From assembly GCA_964569265.1 (NCBI GenBank), contig CAZMTO010000001.1, positions 3,995 to 67,994 of the forward strand: DNA of 64,000 bases, written 5' to 3'. This stretch comes from an uncultured Peptococcaceae bacterium. Its GTDB lineage: Bacteria; Bacillota; Dehalobacteriia; UBA4068; UBA4997. Position 1 is the first letter of the stretch. The number at the start of each line of letters is the position of its first letter. The notes beneath the pieces are model-generated. The model saw only the letters and a list, made by a program, of their open reading frames with translations. It ran no database searches and was not told the DNA's origin. The position numbers were made by a program, and so were the translations under genes. This document shows, one piece after another, positions 48,105 through 58,649 of this stretch.

Positions 48105-50483
48105 TTACAGGCCGCGCATACTGTTTTCCCAAGTCCAGTCTAAAATCTCCGGCAGATCCTGGCCGTTTTGGTAGATGTACTGCTTGTGTTCTACCAGCTT
48201 ATCCTTCATATTTTGCACAAGGTAGGCACCGCGGTTGCCAAGCTTGGGCAGCAGGTTAACAGCATCCTGCACCAGATGAAAACGATCCAGCGAATTTTGT
48301 ACGCGCATATCAAAGGGGGTGGTTATGGTACCTTCTTCAATGTAGCCTTTTACCGTAAGGTTGCGGTTGTGCCGGCGGTACGTAAGCTCGCGTATAAGGC
48401 TGGGGTAGCCGTGGTAAGCAAACAAAATAGGCTTATCTTTGGTAAACAGCAGGTCATAGTCGGTGTCGCTAAGGCCGTGCGGGTGTTCAAAGTTGGGCTG
48501 CAATTTAAACAAATCTACCACATTTACCACACGTATTTTAATTTCCGGCAGGTTTTGCCGCAAAATAGATACCGCTGCCAAAACCTCTAAGGTGGGGGTA
48601 TCGCCGCAGCAGGCCATAACAATGTCGGGTTCTTCGCCGTTATCGTTGCCGGCCCATTGCCAAATACCAATGCCCTGTGCGCAGTGCTTAACGGCTTCGT
48701 CCATAGTAAGCCACTGCGGGCGTGGGTGCTTGCTGGCCACCAAAACATTAACATAGTTGCGGGTGCGTATGCAGTGATCAAAGCAGCTTAGCAGGCAGTT
48801 GGCATCCGGCGGCAGATAAACCCGTACAATATCCGCTTTTTTGTTGGCAACGTGATCGATAAAGCCGGGATCCTGATGTGTAAAGCCGTTATGATCCTGC
48901 TGCCATACGTGAGAAGAAAGTACAAAGTTAAGCGAGGCGATTTTTTGGCGCCAGGGCAGATTTTTGCAGACCTTTAACCACTTGGCGTGCTGGCTGAACA
49001 TTGAATCTACTATGCGGATAAAGGCTTCGTAGCTGTTAAAAAAGCCATGGCGGCCGGTAAGCAGGTAGCCTTCTAACATACCCTGACAAATATGCTCCGA
49101 CAGCATCGAGTCGATAACACGGCCATCGTTAGCCAAAAATTCGTCACTGTCGTTAATATCTGCACCAAATTGGCGGTTGGTGGCTTCAAAAACTGCACCA
49201 AGCCGGTTGCTCATGGTTTCGTCCGGCCCAAATATGCGGAAGTTGCGCTCCTCGGCGTTATCCCGCACAATGTCACGGACAAAATTACCCAAAACCAGCA
49301 TATCCTGGGCCATAACGCTGCCGTGTTCGGTAAATTTTACGGCATAATCGCGGTAATCCGGCAAACGCAGGTCTTTTAGCAGCAAGCCGCCGTTAGCCAC
49401 CGGGTTGGCGCCCATACGTTGTTTGCCGTCGGGGGCAAGCTCGGTTAAATAGGGCAATGGCCGCCCCTGCTCATCAAACAGCTCCTCCGGGTGATAACTC
49501 TTTAGCCAGGCTTCTAACACCGGCAGATTTTGCGGGTTTTGTTTGTTTACCAAAACCGGCACCTGATGCGAACGGAAGCTGCCTTCTATCTGTTTGCCGT
49601 CTACCTGTTTGGGCCCCGTCCAGCCTTTGGGGGTGCGCAAAACTATCATCGGCCAAACCGGGCGGCTGTTGTCTTGGGCGTTAAACTGCTGCTTTATGCC
49701 GTTAATGTCATCAAGCGCTGCATTAAGCGCGGCAGCCATTTGCTGGTGCATATCTTCCGGGTCATAACCTTCGACAAAATACGGCAGCCAACCGCAGCCC
49801 ATAAAAAACGATGTTAATTCTTCTTTGGAAATGCGGGCAAATATGGTGGGGTTGGCAATTTTAAAGCCGTTCAGGTGCAAAATAGGCAGCACTGTGCCGT
49901 CGGTTGCCGGGTTAAGCAGCTTGTTGGCCTGCCAGGCGGTGGCAAGGGCACCGGTTTCGGCCTCACCGTCGCCAACCACGCAGGCGGCTATCAGGGTGGG
50001 GTTATCTAACACGGCACCAAAGGCGTGCGCCAGAGAATACCCCAGTTCGCCGCCCTCGTTGATAGAGCCGGGAGTTTCGGGCGCTACGTGGCTGGATATA
50101 CCGCCGGGAAAGCTGAAGCGCTTAAACATTTTTTGCATACCGGCTTCATCACGGGTAATATCGGGGTAAATTTCGGTATACGAGCCATCTAACCAGTCGT
50201 TGGCAACCATAGCCTGCCCGCCGTGCCCCGGGCCGCTTATATATATCATATTAAGATTATTTTGCTTTATAAGCCGGTTAAGGTGGGCATAAATAAAGTT
50301 TTGGCCGGGCGCAGTTCCCCAGTGGCCAACCACATTGGGCTTTATGTGTTCCATTTTAAGCGGCTGCTTAAGCAGTGGGTTAGCACGCAAATAAAGCTGC
50401 CCTACAGATAAATAATTGCAGGCGCGCCAATAGGCGTCTATTACTTTTAGCTGATGTTGGTCAAGCGGTTTGTTGTCAGTCAT
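48105..50483 (-). CDS. xfp: xylulose-5-phosphate/fructose-6-phosphate phosphoketolase
   Basis: 792 aa with the N-terminal XFP signature ([28 protein letters not shown]) and TPP motifs. Confidence 0.92.
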   Translation of the reverse strand: MTDNKPLDQHQLKVIDAYWRACNYLSVGQLYLRANPLLKQPLKMEHIKPNVVGHWGTAPGQNFIYAHLNRLIKQNNLNMIYISGPGHGGQAMVANDWLDGSYTEIYPDITRDEAGMQKMFKRFSFPGGISSHVAPETPGSINEGGELGYSLAHAFGAVLDNPTLIAACVVGDGEAETGALATAWQANKLLNPATDGTVLPILHLNGFKIANPTIFARISKEELTSFFMGCGWLPYFVEGYDPEDMHQQMAAALNAALDDINGIKQQFNAQDNSRPVWPMIVLRTPKGWTGPKQVDGKQIEGSFRSHQVPVLVNKQNPQNLPVLEAWLKSYHPEELFDEQGRPLPYLTELAPDGKQRMGANPVANGGLLLKDLRLPDYRDYAVKFTEHGSVMAQDMLVLGNFVRDIVRDNAEERNFRIFGPDETMSNRLGAVFEATNRQFGADINDSDEFLANDGRVIDSMLSEHICQGMLEGYLLTGRHGFFNSYEAFIRIVDSMFSQHAKWLKVCKNLPWRQKIASLNFVLSSHVWQQDHNGFTHQDPGFIDHVANKKADIVRVYLPPDANCLLSCFDHCIRTRNYVNVLVASKHPRPQWLTMDEAVKHCAQGIGIWQWAGNDNGEEPDIVMACCGDTPTLEVLAAVSILRQNLPEIKIRVVNVVDLFKLQPNFEHPHGLSDTDYDLLFTKDKPILFAYHGYPSLIRELTYRRHNRNLTVKGYIEEGTITTPFDMRVQNSLDRFHLVQDAVNLLPKLGNRGAYLVQNMKDKLVEHKQYIYQNGQDLPEILDWTWENSMRGL

Positions 50484-50589
50484 AATAAAAACCTCCTTTG
50501 GCTGATATTTTTACGGTGTTTTGTTGGCAATAAAATACATCACAATTTTTAAATAAAAATAAATTCATATTTTTGAGCGAAACAGGGCG

Positions 50590-50630
50590 GTATAATAAAA
50601 CAGTATGGCTTAAAAAAACCATACTGTTTA
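50590..50630 (-). terminator. intrinsic terminator after the amidase gene
   Basis: AACAGTATGG/CCATACTGTT stem. On the minus strand it is followed by TTTTATTATA. Confidence 0.6.
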
Positions 50631-50639
50631 TAATATGCA

Positions 50640-51956
50640 CTATTTGGCGGCAAAATAATCGTTTATACCGGCAGCAATGGCAGCAGCCAGGGTATCCTGA
50701 TAAGCTTCGTCGGTTATTTTGGCGCACTCATCCGCATTGGTCATAAAACCGATTTCTACCAGGGCGGCCGGGGCAGGGTTATGCGTAAGTACAACCAGCT
50801 TAGACGTTTTAACGCCGCGGTCTTTGGCGGCAGTGGCGGCAATAAGCTGCTTTTGCAGACAACCGGCCAGCTCGGCATCGTCGGTATCATCGGGGGCGGC
50901 ATAGGTTTCTATACCGTTGGCGGTGGGTATGTTTTCGGCCGCATTGCAGTGTATGCTTACAAATACAGGCGCATCATATTCTTCGGTAAGGGCGGCACGG
51001 TCGGTAAGGGCAATATATGTATCATCTGTGCGCGACATTATAACCTCAAAGTCATCGTCCAGCAAAAGGGCTTCTACCTTTAAGGCTACGGCCAGGGTGA
51101 TTTCTTTTTCTTCATAGCCGCTGCCGTTGGTGCCGGGGTCGTCACCGCCGTGGCCGGCATCTATTATCACCCGTCGATACATATTACCGTCGGCATCAAG
51201 GCCGGGCGGTGCAGCGGTTTCGGTATCATCATCGGGTATAACCGGCGGTATAATATCCACATTACGCAGCGCGGCATCGTAGTTTACTGTGGCGGCAAGG
51301 TTTTCTGAAACAAAGCGAATCGGTACCATAGTGCGGGCTGCGCCGTTGTAGTTGGCCAAAGCTACACTTACATTGTCCGGAACATTAACCGTTTGCCCGT
51401 TTACCAGCGCTGTGCTTTGCCCAATGGTAAGTATAATGGTCTGGTCATTAAGGGTTATGGTAACGGTGTTGTCTTCTTTATGCCAGTCTACGGCAGCATT
51501 AAGGCTTTCACTTATAATGCGCACCGGTACCAAAGTGCGGCCCGATACAGCCGCTGCCGGCACATCACTGACAAGGTACTGCCCGTTTAAAGACAAGCTT
51601 ACCGGGGTTACGGTCTGGTTTTGCATTTTGCCGGTGGCTGCATCATAAAACTGCATAGCAAGGCTTTGGGGCAGCTCCGGCTGGGGCAGGGGCTCCGTAT
51701 TATTAACGGTGCTGTCATCGCTGTCGGCCGGTTGCTCCGGTGTTTCGGCTTCTGCCGGGTCGGTTTGGTCAGTGCCGTTTACATCTTCATCGGCTGCACT
51801 GTCGGTGTTGGTGCTGCCAAAATCGGTTTCTTCATCTTCTACCGGCGTAACGGTTGCAAGCTCTCTTGTCGGGGTGCTGTCGGCAAAAACTGCGGTCGGC
51901 AAACAAACCAGCAGCAGGCACAGCAGCAGCGGCAAAATAAAACGCTTTTTTAACAC
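50640..51956 (-). CDS. N-acetylmuramoyl-L-alanine amidase (Amidase_3) with N-terminal copper-amine-oxidase-like domains
   Basis: Signal peptide, two Cu_amine_oxidN1-like repeats (VSGRTLVPVRIISE.., GAARTMVPIRFVSE..) and the C-terminal amidase_3 motif VIIDAGHGGDDPG. Confidence 0.85.
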   Translation of the reverse strand: MLKKRFILPLLLCLLLVCLPTAVFADSTPTRELATVTPVEDEETDFGSTNTDSAADEDVNGTDQTDPAEAETPEQPADSDDSTVNNTEPLPQPELPQSLAMQFYDAATGKMQNQTVTPVSLSLNGQYLVSDVPAAAVSGRTLVPVRIISESLNAAVDWHKEDNTVTITLNDQTIILTIGQSTALVNGQTVNVPDNVSVALANYNGAARTMVPIRFVSENLAATVNYDAALRNVDIIPPVIPDDDTETAAPPGLDADGNMYRRVIIDAGHGGDDPGTNGSGYEEKEITLAVALKVEALLLDDDFEVIMSRTDDTYIALTDRAALTEEYDAPVFVSIHCNAAENIPTANGIETYAAPDDTDDAELAGCLQKQLIAATAAKDRGVKTSKLVVLTHNPAPAALVEIGFMTNADECAKITDEAYQDTLAAAIAAGINDYFAAK

Positions 51957-52002
51957 AATAATACCTCCACAAAAAAACTATAGCTATATCACAAACAAAT
52001 TA

Positions 52003-53175
52003 TCAGTGGTGGAACAAACGCACACCGGTAAAGGCCATGGCAATGTTATATTTATCGCAGGTTTCTATAACATTATCATCACGCACCGAACCGCCGGCCT
52101 GAGCAATATAAGCTACGCCGCTTTTGTGGGCGCGCTCAATGTTGTCACCAAAGGGGAAGAACGCATCGGAGCCTAAGGCCACACCGGTCATTTGGCTTAA
52201 CCATTCGCGCTTTTCTGCCGGGGTAAGGGGCTGGGGCTGTTCGGTAAAAAACTGCTGCCAGGCGCCGTCTTTAATAACATCTTCGTATTCGTCGGATATA
52301 TAAACGTCGATGGTGTTGTCACGGTCGGGGCGGCGAATATCTTCTTTAAAGGGCAGCGCCAAAACCCTGGGGTGCTGGCGCATAAACCAGACATCGGCCT
52401 TGTTGCCGGCCAAACGGGTACAGTGTATGCGCGACTGCTGCCCGGCACCGATACCGATAGCCTGCCCGCCAAAGGCATAGCATACCGAATTGGACTGGGT
52501 GTATTTTAAGGTTATAAGCGCAATAATCAAATCGCGGGCGGCTTCAGCCGGTATATCCTTGTTTTGGGTGGGACGGTTTTGCAGCAGGGTTTCGTCAATT
52601 TTTACGTTGTTGCGCTGCTGTTCAAAGGTTACGCCAAAAACCTCTTTGGTTTCCAAATCAGCCGGTACATAATCGGTGTCCATTTGCAGCACCAGATAGC
52701 TGCCCTTGCGCTTTTGCTTTAAAATTTCCAGCGCTTTGGGGGTGTAAGAAGGTGCAATAATGCCGTCGGAAACTTCTCGCAGCAAAAAGCCGGCGGTCTG
52801 TTCGTCACATTCATCCGACAAAGCAACAAAATCACCGTAAGACGACATTCTGTCGGCACCGCGGGCACGGATATAAGCGGTAGCAACAGGAGAAAGCTCT
52901 ATGCCTTCGACAAAATATATCTGCTGCAAAACCGGCGTAAGCGGCACGGCTACTGCTGCGCCTGCCGGGCTTACGTGTTTAAACGAGGCTGCTGCTGGCA
53001 AACCGGTGGCGGCTTTAAGCTCCTGTACAAGCTGCCAACTGTTTAAAGCGTCTAAAAGGTTAATGTAGCCGGGGCGGCCATTTAAAACGGTAAAAGGCAA
53101 TTCTCCCTGCTTACTGAAAACACGGGCGGGCTGCTGGTTGGGGTTGCAGCCGTATTTTAAAGCTAATTCCTGCAT
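52003..53175 (-). CDS. purH: AICAR transformylase-domain protein (PurH-like, lacking the N-terminal MGS/IMP-cyclohydrolase domain)
   Basis: 390 aa alignable with the PurH AICARFT domain (...FKHVSPAGAAV..., C-terminal MAFTGVRLFHH). No approximately 200-aa MGS domain precedes it. Confidence 0.7.
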   Translation of the reverse strand: MQELALKYGCNPNQQPARVFSKQGELPFTVLNGRPGYINLLDALNSWQLVQELKAATGLPAAASFKHVSPAGAAVAVPLTPVLQQIYFVEGIELSPVATAYIRARGADRMSSYGDFVALSDECDEQTAGFLLREVSDGIIAPSYTPKALEILKQKRKGSYLVLQMDTDYVPADLETKEVFGVTFEQQRNNVKIDETLLQNRPTQNKDIPAEAARDLIIALITLKYTQSNSVCYAFGGQAIGIGAGQQSRIHCTRLAGNKADVWFMRQHPRVLALPFKEDIRRPDRDNTIDVYISDEYEDVIKDGAWQQFFTEQPQPLTPAEKREWLSQMTGVALGSDAFFPFGDNIERAHKSGVAYIAQAGGSVRDDNVIETCDKYNIAMAFTGVRLFHH

Positions 53176-53246
53176 AATTCATCCTCCTGAATGTTAATGT
53201 GGTTTATGTTAAATGGCAAAAATAAAAAATCAAGCAAAAATTTATA

Positions 53247-53786
53247 TTACGGCAAATACTGAACCTGCTTTTGCATATAAAGCTTGCCGGCAACGGCCAT
53301 GGTGGCGGTTTTTACCAAATATGCCTTGGGGTGGGTAGATTCTAACTGGCCGGCATCGGGCGGCAAATTTTCGGAAAACACCGACTTAAGGGCAAGCTCC
53401 AGCGCATCGCAAAAATAATTGTACGCCTGTTCTATGGGGCAGGCATCTATTTGCAGGCGAATAAGCTTGCAAATATCGGCAATGGGCAATATCTGCTTTA
53501 GTACGCAAACCACCAGCAGATAAGCCAGATGATTGCGGTTATAGCGCTTTTTTTGCGGCGGGCTGACAATGCCCTGCTTTACATAGTTGTTTATCATGGT
53601 AGAGGTTATAAGCTTTTCCTTACCGGGGGGTGCAAATGGGGCAAGGGCTTGTTCCAGCACCTTTAACACCTGGTCCATATAAAGCTCTACCTGAGGAAAA
53701 TCGGCATAGCGCGGGCACCTGAACTGCAAAATTTCGGCCGTACAGGTGCTAAAATCATCTTGTGGGGTTAAAACATTTTCGTTCAT
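53247..53786 (-). CDS. DUF1836 domain protein
   Basis: ITSTMINNYVKQGIV...YNRNHLAYLLVVCVLKQIL is the DUF1836 core. Confidence 0.6.
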   Translation of the reverse strand: MNENVLTPQDDFSTCTAEILQFRCPRYADFPQVELYMDQVLKVLEQALAPFAPPGKEKLITSTMINNYVKQGIVSPPQKKRYNRNHLAYLLVVCVLKQILPIADICKLIRLQIDACPIEQAYNYFCDALELALKSVFSENLPPDAGQLESTHPKAYLVKTATMAVAGKLYMQKQVQYLP

Positions 53787-53976
53787 AAAATCACCTCGGT
53801 ATAGCCGGCATTATGCTGCCGACACAGCCCGGCACGCAGGGCGGGCAAGCTAAATTAAGCCTGTTTATACTGATAATAATAGCAGGACAAACGGCAGAAG
53901 TCAATTATTTTGCGCAGCCTGGCCAAACAAAATTGCAACAGGTGGTTTTTAAAACAAAATTAGCCGGCTTAGCCGG

Positions 53977-55020
53977 CTAACAGTTGGTATCGGTTATTTC
54001 ATCAAGGCGTTTTTTAAACATTTGCTGCCAAAAATTTATAATATCATCGGCAGTTTTGGGGGTATAACAGTCGGCTCCCGGCTCTTTAAACAGGTCGGCG
54101 GCTGCTGTGGCAGCTTCTTCGGCAGACAGCATACCCCAGTTTATCTGGTCTACAAGGTGTGCCAGCAGCGATGTTTTGGTCACCAGACTGTCATCTTGCG
54201 CCAAACGGTTAACAACATCTGCCGGGTAGGCGGCAAAATCGTCTGCCTTAACGCCAAAACGGCACATTCGGTGCAGCGCATTATGCTGAAATTCAGCGTC
54301 AAGGTCGGTCTGCAAAAACAGCGCCTGTTTAAGCGCGGGCATAACCACCCGGCCAATAGCTTCGCCCAGCTTATAGTGTTTGCCGGCGTTGGTAAGCAGG
54401 GTGGGGCTGTCTTCGGCGGCCACAATTACTGTGCCGTCGGTACCGCTGCCGGTGGCAATGCCGTTAGAATACACACTGGGGCAAATAAGCTCTTGCATAA
54501 CGGCACATTTGGCTTCGGCGCAGGTGGTAAGTGCCTGCAACATAGCTTCGTCGGTAAGGCGGGCGTTTATAAACAGCATAATATTGATGGTGCCGGGCGG
54601 CGGGGCAGCAACGGTAAGCCCGTTTTGCTCGTGCCATTCGGCGGTATCACCTACGCGGCCGCCGTTTTTATCTATCCCGGCAGTTACCAGCGCCGTTACC
54701 GTAAAATTATCGTAGCTAAGCTCGCGGATAACGGCATTTTGCATATCGGCAGCGGTGGTAAGCCCTGCCGCAAACTGCGGGTTTAAGCCAATGCGGCGTA
54801 TAAGCTCGGCCATATGTTCGGCCATGGTGGGGCCATACATACGGCAAAAATTATCCTCTGCGGATTTAGCATCGTTGTTAAACACCCAGCGCAGGTGGCG
54901 GGTTAGGCCGCCGTTGGGCGGCGATGTACAAAGCACCAGCCTTGGCCCGCAAAAGGTGGTTATAAGTGACCGGTTTTTGTGTTCTATAATGTCACCGCCG
55001 GGCAAACGATAAAAAACCAT
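53977..55020 (-). CDS. hypothetical protein, weakly CbiZ (adenosylcobinamide amidohydrolase)-like
   Basis: 348 aa from the ATG with RBS AGGAG. The GTINIM and ATGSGTDG blocks are reminiscent of CbiZ. The assignment is tentative. Confidence 0.35.
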   Translation of the reverse strand: MVFYRLPGGDIIEHKNRSLITTFCGPRLVLCTSPPNGGLTRHLRWVFNNDAKSAEDNFCRMYGPTMAEHMAELIRRIGLNPQFAAGLTTAADMQNAVIRELSYDNFTVTALVTAGIDKNGGRVGDTAEWHEQNGLTVAAPPPGTINIMLFINARLTDEAMLQALTTCAEAKCAVMQELICPSVYSNGIATGSGTDGTVIVAAEDSPTLLTNAGKHYKLGEAIGRVVMPALKQALFLQTDLDAEFQHNALHRMCRFGVKADDFAAYPADVVNRLAQDDSLVTKTSLLAHLVDQINWGMLSAEEAATAAADLFKEPGADCYTPKTADDIINFWQQMFKKRLDEITDTNC

Positions 55021-55042
55021 AGTAATGCTCCTGTAAAGGCTT

Positions 55043-55933
55043 TTAAGTGGTTGTTTGTGACTTTGGTGCAAGGTTAAGCATAACAGCCGCCGCAAATATC
55101 AGTAAAATACCGGCAGCCTTATCCGCCGAAAGCGGGTCGTGATAAAGCAAAACACTGAACAGCGCCGCCACTGCCGGTTCTATGGTGGCCAAAACGGCGG
55201 CCTTGCCGGCTTCGGCCTTGTTTAAGCCGCGGGTATAAAGCACAAACGGCACCACGCAGCACAGCACGCCAATGCCCAGCGTATAAAGCCAGGTTTGCGG
55301 CAGTGCATAAGCCGGGTGCCAGCCTTCGGCCAAAATAAAGGGCACCGAGCCTGCCGCGCCAAAAATAAAGGTGTGGGCGTTTACGGTAAGCGGCGGGTAT
55401 TTGGCCAGGGCAAATTTGCCGAAAATGCTGTAAAGTGCATAGCCAAAGCCGCTGCCCAAACCCAACAGCACCGCTATGGGCGATATTCGGGCGTTAGCTG
55501 CACCGAAAATGCCGGTTACCAATATGCAGCCTGCCATTGTAAGCAGCAGCGGCGGCAGCTTTTTAAGTGTCAGCTTTTCTCCTAAAAAAAGGGCAGCCAG
55601 CAGGGTTATCCAAATGGGCGATGTATACAGCAAAATTGCCGCTACCGCCAAAGATGAGCGGTTGATGGCGTTAAAATAGCACCAGTTAAAAAATATAAGG
55701 CTGAAAACGCCGGTACCCACAAAATAAAACGAATCTTTAGGGTTTATTTTCAGCAGGGATAATTGCCCGGTGGCCGCCAGATACAGCGTAAAAGCAGCGG
55801 CAGCCATAAGCATACGCAGGGCCACTATTTGCATAGGGGATAACCCCAGCGCCGACAGAGAATTAAAAAATACACCGATAAGCCCCCATAAGGCGGCCGC
55901 AGCCATAATATCAAGGTAGGCGCGGTTAAGCAT
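55043..55933 (-). CDS. EamA/DMT-family transporter
   Basis: About 10 TM helices in two EamA repeats. The start is set at MLNRAYL and overlaps the ywlG stop. Confidence 0.75.
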   Translation of the reverse strand: MLNRAYLDIMAAAALWGLIGVFFNSLSALGLSPMQIVALRMLMAAAAFTLYLAATGQLSLLKINPKDSFYFVGTGVFSLIFFNWCYFNAINRSSLAVAAILLYTSPIWITLLAALFLGEKLTLKKLPPLLLTMAGCILVTGIFGAANARISPIAVLLGLGSGFGYALYSIFGKFALAKYPPLTVNAHTFIFGAAGSVPFILAEGWHPAYALPQTWLYTLGIGVLCCVVPFVLYTRGLNKAEAGKAAVLATIEPAVAALFSVLLYHDPLSADKAAGILLIFAAAVMLNLAPKSQTTT

Positions 55934-56492
55934 ATTGGGCTCTTTCTCCGCCAATAAGCGGCGGACGCGTGTAAGCAGCAGTGATAATGGCACCGCCCCA
56001 ATGTGTTTTAGACAAACGCAGCGGCACTGCCACGCGCTTTAAATGCATACCTATCAAGGTCTGGCCAATGTCTAAGGCACAGTCGGCAGCCACCGATTCT
56101 ACCAGCACAGGGTCGCAAAGGCGTGTGTAAAAGGCGGCGGCAAAGCTGCCGCCGGCATGGGGCTTGGGCACAGCACTTACAATGCTAAGGTTGTGCTTTT
56201 CGGCAGTGGCGCGTTCGCACACCAATGCCCGGTTAAGATGTTCGCAGCACTGGGCAAGCGGTATAAGCCCGGCAGCGTTGGCAGCAGCAATAAATTCGTC
56301 GGCAATAAGCTCACCCAAATCGGGAGAGCCTGCCTTGCCGATGTGCCCGCCTAAAATTTCGCTGGTGGAACAGCCGATTACCCAAAGCCCGCCGGCGCGG
56401 GTGTGCGGCGCCACAGCGGCGGCAAATTCGGCCAGCAAATCTTTTATTTCCTGATGTACAGCAGCCGGTTCGGCAGATATTTGCGTACTCAT
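55926..56492 (-). CDS. ywlG: UPF0340/DUF436 protein (YwlG-like)
   Basis: IGCSTSE motif, 188 aa, and a conserved position next to rpiB-ywlE-ywlC, as in Bacillus. Confidence 0.7.
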   Translation of the reverse strand: MSTQISAEPAAVHQEIKDLLAEFAAAVAPHTRAGGLWVIGCSTSEILGGHIGKAGSPDLGELIADEFIAAANAAGLIPLAQCCEHLNRALVCERATAEKHNLSIVSAVPKPHAGGSFAAAFYTRLCDPVLVESVAADCALDIGQTLIGMHLKRVAVPLRLSKTHWGGAIITAAYTRPPLIGGERAQYA

Positions 56493-56983
56493 TTTGTGTT
56501 CTCCTGTACCATTTTGGCCAGCTCCTCGGCACGTTCTACCGCCATAGTGTCTTCTATGCTGGTAATTTTATCAATGCGGCGTTGGTGGCGGCCACCTTCA
56601 AATTCGGTAGTAAGCCAAACATCAACTATTTTTAGGGCCAGCTCGGTATCAATAACACGCGCACCCATAGTTAAAATGTTGGCGTTGTTGTGCTGGCGGC
56701 AGGCTTCGGCCGAAAAAAGGTCGTGGCAAAGTGCTGCACGCACACCGGGAATTTTGTTGGCGGCAATACCAATGCCAATGCCGGTACCGCACAGCAAAAT
56801 GCCGCGTTCGGCTTCGCCGTTTACTACGGCTTTGCCTACAAAAAACGCGTAATCCGGGTAATCTACCGATGCTTCATCAAAGGTACCAAAATCGTGTACC
56901 TCGTGGCCAAGTGCCTCAATATGTTCTTTTACTGCATTTTTAAGCTGATACGCCGCGTGATCGCAGCCCAAAGCGATTTTCAT
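56489..56983 (-). CDS. rpiB: ribose-5-phosphate isomerase B
   Basis: MKIALGCDHAAYQLK... with the catalytic Cys region GTGIGI. 164 aa. Confidence 0.9.
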   Translation of the reverse strand: MKIALGCDHAAYQLKNAVKEHIEALGHEVHDFGTFDEASVDYPDYAFFVGKAVVNGEAERGILLCGTGIGIGIAANKIPGVRAALCHDLFSAEACRQHNNANILTMGARVIDTELALKIVDVWLTTEFEGGRHQRRIDKITSIEDTMAVERAEELAKMVQENTK

Positions 56984-57089
56984 AAAAACTGCCTCCTGAT
57001 AAAATAAGTTATTTAATTATAAAAAGCCGCAAAAAAGCAGCGAATAAAGTATTCGCTGCCAAGGTTAAATATCCTTTTTTATTTGACGT

Positions 57090-57536
57090 TTATTCGGCGG
57101 CTATCCTGGCCGCGGCTTTTTCTACCAGAGCGTTTATCTGTGCGGCACAGGCGGCGTATTCTTCGGCATCACCGCCAAAGGGGTCGGCAATATCCTGCTC
57201 GTCACCGGCGTATTCGCCCAGCGTAAACACTTTATCGGCAAGCTCCGGCAGTGCCGAAACTATAGTCTGCTTGTGGCTTTGGCTCATACACAGCACCAAA
57301 TCGGCATCGGCCAGCAGATAAGACGAAAGCTGGCGGCTGCGGTGGTTATCCAAATTAAGGCCGTAAGTATCCATTGCATCTATGGCACCAATGCTGGCAG
57401 GTAACCCCGGCACAGTGGCCAGCCCCGCCGATGATACCGCCAGATCAGGCATTTTGTCAGCCAAAAGAACTTCGGCCATAGGGCTGCGGCAGGTGTTGCC
57501 GCTGCAAACAAAAAGTACGGATTTCATAGTTTTCAC
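57090..57536 (-). CDS. ywlE: low-molecular-weight protein arginine/tyrosine phosphatase
   Basis: CX5R P-loop VLFVCSGNTCRSPMAE plus a DPY-like DPF loop. Confidence 0.9.
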   Translation of the reverse strand: MKTMKSVLFVCSGNTCRSPMAEVLLADKMPDLAVSSAGLATVPGLPASIGAIDAMDTYGLNLDNHRSRQLSSYLLADADLVLCMSQSHKQTIVSALPELADKVFTLGEYAGDEQDIADPFGGDAEEYAACAAQINALVEKAAARIAAE

Positions 57537-57596
57537 GCTTTCTTACACTTCTTTATTATAAGACAAAATTTGTTTTTATCACAGCAGTAACAACTT

Positions 57597-58628
57597 TTAT
57601 CTGTCCGGAACACCGGCGGCCTTTTTCAGGCGGTTCATCAGTGCTATGCCAATGCCTTTTTCGGCAAAGGTTTCGGCAATTACCAGGTCAGCACCAATCT
57701 CGTCAGTCCAGCGCAGGGCCGCAAACAGATTTTGCGCGGCGTGTTCGGCGGTTTCGCCCAGCAAAAAGCAGTTTTCGGCCTGTGCAAGGCCACACAGCCC
57801 CTGCATAGAAGCCAGCACCGCAATTTTAGGCTCATCAATACCGCTGTTTAGCAGGCGTTGATATTCCTGCCGGTAGGTTTGGTAAATATCGGCAGGCGGG
57901 CACAGCAGCACACGGGCTTTGGGCGCATAGTGGCGATACTTCATACCGGGGGCACGGGCAATGCCGCCGTCGGCAAGGCGGGTTTCTTCGGATAAACCGG
58001 GGATAAATTCGGCCAGATCGGCAGCGGTTATAACACCGGGGCGCAATATGGCAGGTACGGGGCTGGCAAGGTCTAACACAGTACTTTCCAGCCCGGCAGC
58101 AGCCTCGCCGCCGTCAATTATCATCGGTATTTTGCCGTTTAAATCGTGGTTAACGTGTGCCGCCGATGTAGGGCTGGGGCGGCCGCTTAAATTGGCACTG
58201 GGCGCCGCTATGGGCACGCCTGCCGCCTTTATAAGCGCCAATGCCGCCGGGTGTGCGGGCATACGTATACCTACGGTATCTAAGCCGCCGGTGGTTTGTT
58301 TGGGCAAAAGCGGCTTGGTCGGCAGCACCAGCGTAAGCGGGCCGGGCCAAAAGGCTGCCATTAACTGCCGCGCAACAGGAGAAACCTCGGCCAGAGTATC
58401 GGCGGTGGCTTCGTCGGCTATGTGTACTATCAGGGGGTTATCTGACGGGCGCCCCTTTACCTGATATATTTTGGCAGCGGCGTCAGCATCAAGGGCATTG
58501 CCGCCCAGACCGTAAACTGTTTCGGTAGCAAAGGCCACCAACTCACCGGCGCGTATAAGCTCGCCGGCCTGTTTAAATGCACCGTTTAAGTCCGGCTCGC
58601 AAAAATAGTCGATAATTTTGGTTTCCAC
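57597..58628 (-). CDS. tsaC: threonylcarbamoyl-AMP synthase (TsaC/Sua5/YwlC, with Sua5 C-terminal domain)
   Basis: YrdC motif TETVYGLG...KGRPSDNPLIVH. 343 aa implies the Sua5-type extension. Confidence 0.9.
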   Translation of the reverse strand: METKIIDYFCEPDLNGAFKQAGELIRAGELVAFATETVYGLGGNALDADAAAKIYQVKGRPSDNPLIVHIADEATADTLAEVSPVARQLMAAFWPGPLTLVLPTKPLLPKQTTGGLDTVGIRMPAHPAALALIKAAGVPIAAPSANLSGRPSPTSAAHVNHDLNGKIPMIIDGGEAAAGLESTVLDLASPVPAILRPGVITAADLAEFIPGLSEETRLADGGIARAPGMKYRHYAPKARVLLCPPADIYQTYRQEYQRLLNSGIDEPKIAVLASMQGLCGLAQAENCFLLGETAEHAAQNLFAALRWTDEIGADLVIAETFAEKGIGIALMNRLKKAAGVPDR

Positions 58629-58649
58629 GGCGCACCCCCTAAGTTGGTT

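Noticed and set aside
48040-48110. Direct repeat of the tRNA-Pro 3-prime end marking an integrated element boundary
   Set aside because: No match to GAATCCTGTCACCTCGACCA or sub-segments was found at the distal edge of the AT-rich islet, so integration cannot be demonstrated from sequence.
57537-57596. DnaA-box cluster between ywlE and tsaC (a known origin-distal DnaA-box cluster location in Bacillus)
   Set aside because: Only a poor TTATCACAG-like match is present. There is no cluster.
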